From positions 106,754 through 170,753 of the forward strand of contig CAZLEY010000001.1 in the NCBI GenBank assembly GCA_964558675.1: a stretch of DNA of 64,000 bases, given 5' to 3'. The DNA comes from an uncultured Dehalococcoidaceae bacterium. Lineage in GTDB: Bacteria > Chloroflexota > Dehalococcoidia > Dehalococcoidales > RBG-16-60-22. The notes below the pieces were generated by a model, which saw nothing but the letters and a program-made list of their open reading frames with translations, was not told where the DNA came from and did not search any database. The translations under genes were made by a program, and so were the position numbers. Shown here in pieces: positions 58,800 to 64,000 of this stretch (position 1 is its first letter; every line of letters starts with the position of its first letter).

Positions 58800-59938
58800 A
58801 CCAGCCGCTCCATCAACTCTAACTCCTTCTCCATGAGATAGTCCAAGCTGTAATCCTCAACGATAGTCTTTCGGGCGTTTTCTCCCAATCGTTTTTTTAA
58901 CTTCTCGTCTGCCATCATACGTTTGATTGCCTGCTGAATCGAACCTGAATCGGTATCACACAAAATTCCATTTTCCCCATCTTCTATTACTTCTTGTATT
59001 CCGGCTATGTTTGTCCCGATGACGGGTAGACCGCATGCCATCGCTTCCAGTAATGTTTTTGGCATGCCCTCCCATAGAGAAGGCAGGATAAAGAGTTCGT
59101 GCTGATTCAAAATCTCGGGTAGCTTATGATTGGGGATATTGCCCAGGAAGTTAGCCTTTACCCCATTATTCGCAGCGAACTCCTGTAATTTGCCGGACAG
59201 AGGGCCTGAACCAATGATGTCAATATAGTAGGGCAGTCCCTTCAGAGCTTCCAGCAGCGCCGGGATATTTTTTGGTTTTCCTAGGCTTCCGACGAAGCAT
59301 ATTGACCCCGGTTTCTTAGTTCTATCTAGTGGCTTGAATACCTCGGTTTCAACATAATTGGTGATAAGGCTCTGTCTTCGCGGGTGGTAGTTCTGTTCGA
59401 CGTAGTTAAAGCTGCTCTGGGAAGTGGTGATAGCGGCATCGGCTAATTTATAGGCGAATTTCTCGGTATTCTTGGTTAGCCATAGCTTTTGACTTTTGGG
59501 ATGCTCCTTGGCAAAGTTAAACGACCACATGAAACCCGTTCTTACTACTAGCTTCTTTCGGAAGATAAGTTTGCTTAATGCGGCACTCCAGGCTGCCGTC
59601 ATTTGGTTTGTCTTGAAGATATCTATATGCTTTAATATTTTACGCTGAATAACCGGCAGCATGAATGAATATAGTATGGCTGAATATTTCATATTATGGC
59701 GGATAAACTTTTGAGGTACTACCGTGATATTAGGGGCTAGATGGCTTTTGAATTTAAGGTCGCCATCATCACCGTAGGTAAAGAAGTATATATGTTTAAA
59801 GTATTTGCTGAGCTCGTTATATATAGCCACCTCTCTATCAATCATGCCAATATCATGCCATGTTTCTAGTGACACACCCAAACTGAAAAAGAGAGCCATG
59901 TTTTTATCTTTTAATATTTCATGTTTCGTGTCATTCAT
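58796..59938 (-). CDS. GT4 glycosyltransferase
   Basis: FVGSLGKPKN, PSLWEGMPKTLLEAMACG. Confidence 0.92.
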   Translation of the reverse strand: MNDTKHEILKDKNMALFFSLGVSLETWHDIGMIDREVAIYNELSKYFKHIYFFTYGDDGDLKFKSHLAPNITVVPQKFIRHNMKYSAILYSFMLPVIQRKILKHIDIFKTNQMTAAWSAALSKLIFRKKLVVRTGFMWSFNFAKEHPKSQKLWLTKNTEKFAYKLADAAITTSQSSFNYVEQNYHPRRQSLITNYVETEVFKPLDRTKKPGSICFVGSLGKPKNIPALLEALKGLPYYIDIIGSGPLSGKLQEFAANNGVKANFLGNIPNHKLPEILNQHELFILPSLWEGMPKTLLEAMACGLPVIGTNIAGIQEVIEDGENGILCDTDSGSIQQAIKRMMADEKLKKRLGENARKTIVEDYSLDYLMEKELELMERLV

Positions 59939-60587
59939 TTCGATTTTTTACAACAGCCCAAATTTCCCCGAACTGGATAGATGCTTTTTCAATCCGCATC
60001 CCGGCCTTCGCCAGTTCCTCCTGGAGGCTTTCTAGAGTGTATTCTATCTTGTGCGTTAAATCGAGGCGATATTCAATCCCCATCTCCCTCTTATAATAAG
60101 TCAGCCAGTCCCTGTTTACCATGGGTACCCGTATGAGATATTTCGCTGCCAGCCCCTTCACTTTCAGCAGAAAATCATGCCTGTTTTCTATATGCTCCAG
60201 AACATTTGACAGGATAACGACATCGAATATTTCTCCGAAATCGCATTTGGTAGCATCTCCACAGATATATCTGATGTTATCCCGGTTGAAATTTCTCCGG
60301 GCTGCCTGGACGTTCGTTTCGTTCTGGTCTATCGCCGTAACACTTCTTGCCTTTTCAGAGACATCATAGGTGAGAAATCCGTTGCCGCACCCTATGTCAA
60401 GTACAACATCCCTGGCATTAACATTATCAGTAAAAAAGGCGTGATAGTTCATTAAACGGTGCTTGGGATGTATGCCTGACTCAGCAATTACGGCAAATCT
60501 CGCTATATACCTATAGCAAGCGTTATGAATACGCATGAGCATTCTGAGAATGTAGCGCGCCGCCCTTTTATTACCGAGGATTGACAA
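59931..60587 (-). CDS. class I SAM-dependent methyltransferase (intact)
   Basis: VLDIGCGNG, AID, CGDA, SNVLEHI. Confidence 0.9.
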   Translation of the reverse strand: MSILGNKRAARYILRMLMRIHNACYRYIARFAVIAESGIHPKHRLMNYHAFFTDNVNARDVVLDIGCGNGFLTYDVSEKARSVTAIDQNETNVQAARRNFNRDNIRYICGDATKCDFGEIFDVVILSNVLEHIENRHDFLLKVKGLAAKYLIRVPMVNRDWLTYYKREMGIEYRLDLTHKIEYTLESLQEELAKAGMRIEKASIQFGEIWAVVKNRNE

Positions 60588-60623
60588 TATCAGTTCCCTA
60601 AAATTGCTCAGGTATTTTTTGAA

Positions 60624-61550
60624 TTATTTATTATCCTGAAACCAGCTGACGTAACGCTGCAGGCCTTCATCAATACCTACTTTTGGCTGCCAGTGCAATT
60701 CTTTACTTATTTTACCGGTATCAGCCAACGTATCTCGAACGTCTCCAGGCTGCGCCTCTATATATTCTAGCTTCGCTTTTTCCCCGGTATACTTTTCTAT
60801 TTTCTTAGCCAACTCTTTAACGCTTATTCTGCTACCGCCACCGACATTGAAGACCTCTCCTGAAACATTATGACTGGCGGACAGGATATTAGCTTCTATA
60901 ATATCATCTACGTAAGTGAAGTCTCTCGTCTGGTTCCCATCTCCGTAGACGCTTATTTCTTCACCGTTCAGGACCGCCCGGACGAACAGGTTTATGGCCA
61001 TTTCAGGCCTCTGCCTGGGACCGTATACCGTGAAGTACCTTAAAGAGATAACGGGCACCTGATAGTTGCGATAATACAGGTAACAGAGGTTTTCGGCGGC
61101 AAGTTTGGTCACGCCGTAAGGAGAGAAAGGCTTCAATATACTGGTTTCCCTCATGGGCAGGTCGACGTCGCCGTAGACTGAAGATGACGACGCATAGACG
61201 AATTTCTTTATTTTTCTGTCCTTGTAGAATTCCAGCAGTCTCTGTGTCGATTGTATATTGTCCCTGGTATATATCTCAAAGCTTTTACCCCAGGAGCCTC
61301 TCACCCCCGCCTGGGCGGCCTGGTGAAACACGTAGTCCACTTCAGGAAAGTTCTCGGTCTCCAGGATGTCCTGCTCTATCAGGTCGAACGCTTTGTTGGT
61401 TAACGCACCGCTGATATTCTTTTCCTTGATTTCCCTGGCGTAGTAATCGGCGAAGCGGTCTATGCCGATTACCTGGAAGCCTTCCTTGAGGAGCCTGTCA
61501 GTGAGATGGGAACCGATAAATCCGGCGCAGCCGGTGACCAGGGCTTTCAT
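60624..61550 (-). CDS. NAD-dependent nucleotide-sugar 4-epimerase (GalE/UDP-uronate epimerase-like)
   Basis: TGCAGFIGS, HQAAQAGVR, SSSSVYG, YGVTK, RYFTVYGPRQRP. Confidence 0.9.
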   Translation of the reverse strand: MKALVTGCAGFIGSHLTDRLLKEGFQVIGIDRFADYYAREIKEKNISGALTNKAFDLIEQDILETENFPEVDYVFHQAAQAGVRGSWGKSFEIYTRDNIQSTQRLLEFYKDRKIKKFVYASSSSVYGDVDLPMRETSILKPFSPYGVTKLAAENLCYLYYRNYQVPVISLRYFTVYGPRQRPEMAINLFVRAVLNGEEISVYGDGNQTRDFTYVDDIIEANILSASHNVSGEVFNVGGGSRISVKELAKKIEKYTGEKAKLEYIEAQPGDVRDTLADTGKISKELHWQPKVGIDEGLQRYVSWFQDNK

Positions 61551-62800
61551 TACCAGCACACCCCCTCGTAGATTCTGGCTTCCGTGGCTTTTTCGATTCT
61601 CCGGCCGTCGATAACTATCTTTCCTCTGTAGTCCAACTCTTTAAACTCCTCCCATTCGGTAAGTATCAGTATGGCATCGCAGTTCATGACCTCTTCTTTA
61701 GGTACGGCTTCTATCCCTGGAAAAAGCTTCCTGAAGTTCTCCACTGCGAGCGGGTCATAGGCTTTGACCTTGGCTCCTTCCGCGAGCAGGGTCTGGACTA
61801 TTTTTATTGCCCTGGAGTCTCTTACATCATCGGTTCCGGGCTTGAATGCCAGTCCCAGAATGCCTATGGTAGCACCTTTTAACGGGATATGCTTCTTAAG
61901 TAATTCTACCGGTTTCAGCGCCTGTTTCTCGTTGAGGATGGCCACCTCCTGCAGGAGTTCGGGCTGGTATCCCACCTGCTGCGCCCTCAATATCAGTATT
62001 CTCAGGTCTTTGGGTAAACATGAACCGCCGAAGCCGATGCCGGCATTCAGGAAAGTGCTGCCTATACGGCTGTCCAGCCCCATGCCGCGGGCGACCTCGT
62101 ACGTATCTATGCCGAGTTGCTTGCAGATATTGCCGATTTCATTGATAAATGAAATTCTGGTCGCCAGGAAGCCGTTGGAGGCGAGTTTAATCATCTCGGC
62201 CGTTCTCAAGCTGGTGTGCATTATGGGGGCATCGAAGCTGCGGTGGAGTTGGTCAAGCATCTCTCCGGACCGGCTGTCATATTCGCCGATGACGATTCTA
62301 GTCGGGTTCATGAAGTCGTAAATAGCCCGTCCCTCCCGTAAGAATTCCGGGCACATGCACACGCCGAAGTCTTTCCCCGCTTTCTTGCCCGCCTCTTCCA
62401 GGATAGGTATAACCGTCTCCTCAGTCATGCCGGGACCGAGGGTGCTCTTGACCACGATGACGTAGTAGCTTTCCCGTTCCCTCAGGACTTGAGAAATCTG
62501 TCTGGTGGCATTTATCAGATTGTCCAGGAATATAGAGCCGCCGTCATCGGCGAGTGTGTCCACGCATATGAAAATCAGGTCTGAGTCTGCTATTTTCCCG
62601 AAATCCGAGCTGGCCTCGACGTGAATTTGATTGAGCAGCTCTTCCAGTCCTTCCTCGTAAATGGGAGGTGCTTTCCTGTCGTTTATAGCTTCCAGTTTCT
62701 CCCTGTCAATATCTATAAAGACAACCTCATGCCCCAGTTTGGCAATGCAGGTCCCGGTTATTAGGCCGACATAGCCGGCGCCGATTACCGATAACTTCAC
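61550..62800 (-). CDS. ugd: UDP-glucose/GDP-mannose family dehydrogenase
   Basis: GAGYVGL, KST..PG, PEFLREG, K..SN.FLATRISFINE, GFGGSCLPKD. Confidence 0.88.
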   Translation of the reverse strand: MKLSVIGAGYVGLITGTCIAKLGHEVVFIDIDREKLEAINDRKAPPIYEEGLEELLNQIHVEASSDFGKIADSDLIFICVDTLADDGGSIFLDNLINATRQISQVLRERESYYVIVVKSTLGPGMTEETVIPILEEAGKKAGKDFGVCMCPEFLREGRAIYDFMNPTRIVIGEYDSRSGEMLDQLHRSFDAPIMHTSLRTAEMIKLASNGFLATRISFINEIGNICKQLGIDTYEVARGMGLDSRIGSTFLNAGIGFGGSCLPKDLRILILRAQQVGYQPELLQEVAILNEKQALKPVELLKKHIPLKGATIGILGLAFKPGTDDVRDSRAIKIVQTLLAEGAKVKAYDPLAVENFRKLFPGIEAVPKEEVMNCDAILILTEWEEFKELDYRGKIVIDGRRIEKATEARIYEGVCW

Positions 62801-62852
62801 TGGTCATCCCCCTTTTACAGGCAAGGGTAGGGCACAGGTGCTACAGAAAACT

Positions 62853-63998
62853 CTATAAAATTTTATAGTGGAACCCTTTTCTTTGAGCTTCCTCTTTACT
62901 GAACATCCCCCGTATGTCTATCAGCAAGGGATTACTCCTCATAATTTTCTTAAACCCATCCAGCCCTATTCCCTGGAAAGTATTATGGGCAACAGTCAGA
63001 ATTACACAGTCAATATCCTTTGCGTTTTGAAGGTCGTAAACAGCCTGAATGCCGAAATCGCTCTCAATGTTGGTTAATAGGGGGTCATAACCTATTATCT
63101 CTACTCCGTATTCCTCTAACCCTTTGATAATATCCTTGACCGGTGATTGCCGGATATCGGCGACGTTTTCCTTGTAGGTCAGCCCGGCTATCAGTACTCT
63201 GGAGCCTTTTATTACCTTCCCCAGGTCATTCAACGCCTTTATCGTCATCTCGGCAACGTGCCCGGGCATGGAGTCATTTATAGCCCTGCCGGCGAGGATT
63301 ACCTGGGAGGAATAGCCGAGTTCTTCGGCTTTGTAGACGAGGTAGTAAGGGTCTACGGGTATGCAGTGGCCGCCGACGAGACCCGGTGAATATGTGTAGA
63401 AGTTCCACTTTGTCGACGCTGCGGCGATGACATCTCTGATGTCTATGTCCATTCTCTGGAAAATGAGGGTAAGTTCATTCATCAGGGCGATATTCAGGTC
63501 TCTCTGAATATTTTCAATTACCTTGGCGGCCTCGGCAGTCCTAATGTCCTTGGCTTTGAAGGTGGCGGGGACAATTTTATTGTAGAGCTGGCTGACTGCT
63601 TCGGTGGTCGCCTCGTCCATACCGCTAACCACTTTGGTTATCTTGTCCAGGGCATGTTCACCGTCCCCCGGGTTTATTCTTTCCGGCGAGTAAGCAATCT
63701 TGAAGTCGGTGCCGCATTTATAACCCGACTCTTCCAGAATGGGTTTTAAAATATCCTCGGTAACGCCGGGGTAAACGGTCGATTCAAGTACGACCACGCT
63801 GCCTTTCTTCATATTCTGGCTAATGGTCCTGGCGGCGTTTATCACGAGAGATAAATCGGGTTTCTTATCCCTGGTTATCGGCGTCGGCACGGCTATTATG
63901 ATGAAATCGGCTTGGCCTATATCCTCCGGGTTGCTGGTAAAGAGGAGATTTTGGTTATCGTTGTTTTCTTTTAGCTTCTTAATTTTAGCGCTGTCTAT
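62853..63998 (-). CDS. nucleotide-sugar dehydrogenase, WbpO/TviB-like UDP-HexNAc 6-dehydrogenase (5'-partial)
   Basis: IAVPTP, ESTVYPG, YSPERINPG, K.IEN.QRD.NIA..NE, GLVGGHCIPVDP; frame is open to the window end. Confidence 0.88.
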   Translation of the reverse strand: MDSAKIKKLKENNDNQNLLFTSNPEDIGQADFIIIAVPTPITRDKKPDLSLVINAARTISQNMKKGSVVVLESTVYPGVTEDILKPILEESGYKCGTDFKIAYSPERINPGDGEHALDKITKVVSGMDEATTEAVSQLYNKIVPATFKAKDIRTAEAAKVIENIQRDLNIALMNELTLIFQRMDIDIRDVIAAASTKWNFYTYSPGLVGGHCIPVDPYYLVYKAEELGYSSQVILAGRAINDSMPGHVAEMTIKALNDLGKVIKGSRVLIAGLTYKENVADIRQSPVKDIIKGLEEYGVEIIGYDPLLTNIESDFGIQAVYDLQNAKDIDCVILTVAHNTFQGIGLDGFKKIMRSNPLLIDIRGMFSKEEAQRKGFHYKIL

Positions 63999-64000
63999 GT

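Noticed and set aside
30213-63389. Numerous antisense ORFs of 60-265 aa opposite well-supported genes
   Set aside because: No recognisable motifs; expected shadow ORFs at this GC content
28935-64000. Intact genomic island integrated at tRNA-Thr
   Set aside because: No integrase and no duplicate of the tRNA 3' end seen in the window; it cannot be excluded beyond the window

Overview
64 kb of chromosome from an anaerobic bacterium, most likely class Dehalococcoidia (Chloroflexota). This is inferred from the GAAC-N4-GTTC LexA box, the rplI-dnaB-dnaD-tandem dnaC cluster, an archaeal-type AglB and MAESK-start cupin paralogues. The first ~26 kb is mostly housekeeping: plsX end, trxAB, rplI, dnaB/dnaD/dnaC-like, aroF, purF, lexA, ilvE, pabBAC, argC, treT-pfkA-fba and pyrF. 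It also carries a hicBA toxin-antitoxin pair embedded in a mosaic of palindromic repeats. An AT-rich orphan islet and tRNA-Thr(CGT) follow. From ~29.5 kb to the window end lies a large surface-glycosylation region: a complete GDP-heptose pathway with its own transaldolase and a Trm112-like gene, an archaeal-type STT3/AglB oligosaccharyltransferase, a PglK/MsbA-like ABC exporter, wecB/wecC, rmlABCD, further nucleotide-sugar enzymes, about 7 glycosyltransferases and 4 methyltransferase genes. Three of those four methyltransferase genes are broken in different ways. A NuoEFG/HydABC-like flavin-FeS module with no catalytic subunit, a divergent NarL/PAS two-component pair and a cupin interrupt this region. 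No CRISPR array, rRNA, integrase or transposase was seen. Family assignments come from motif recognition, not database searches.
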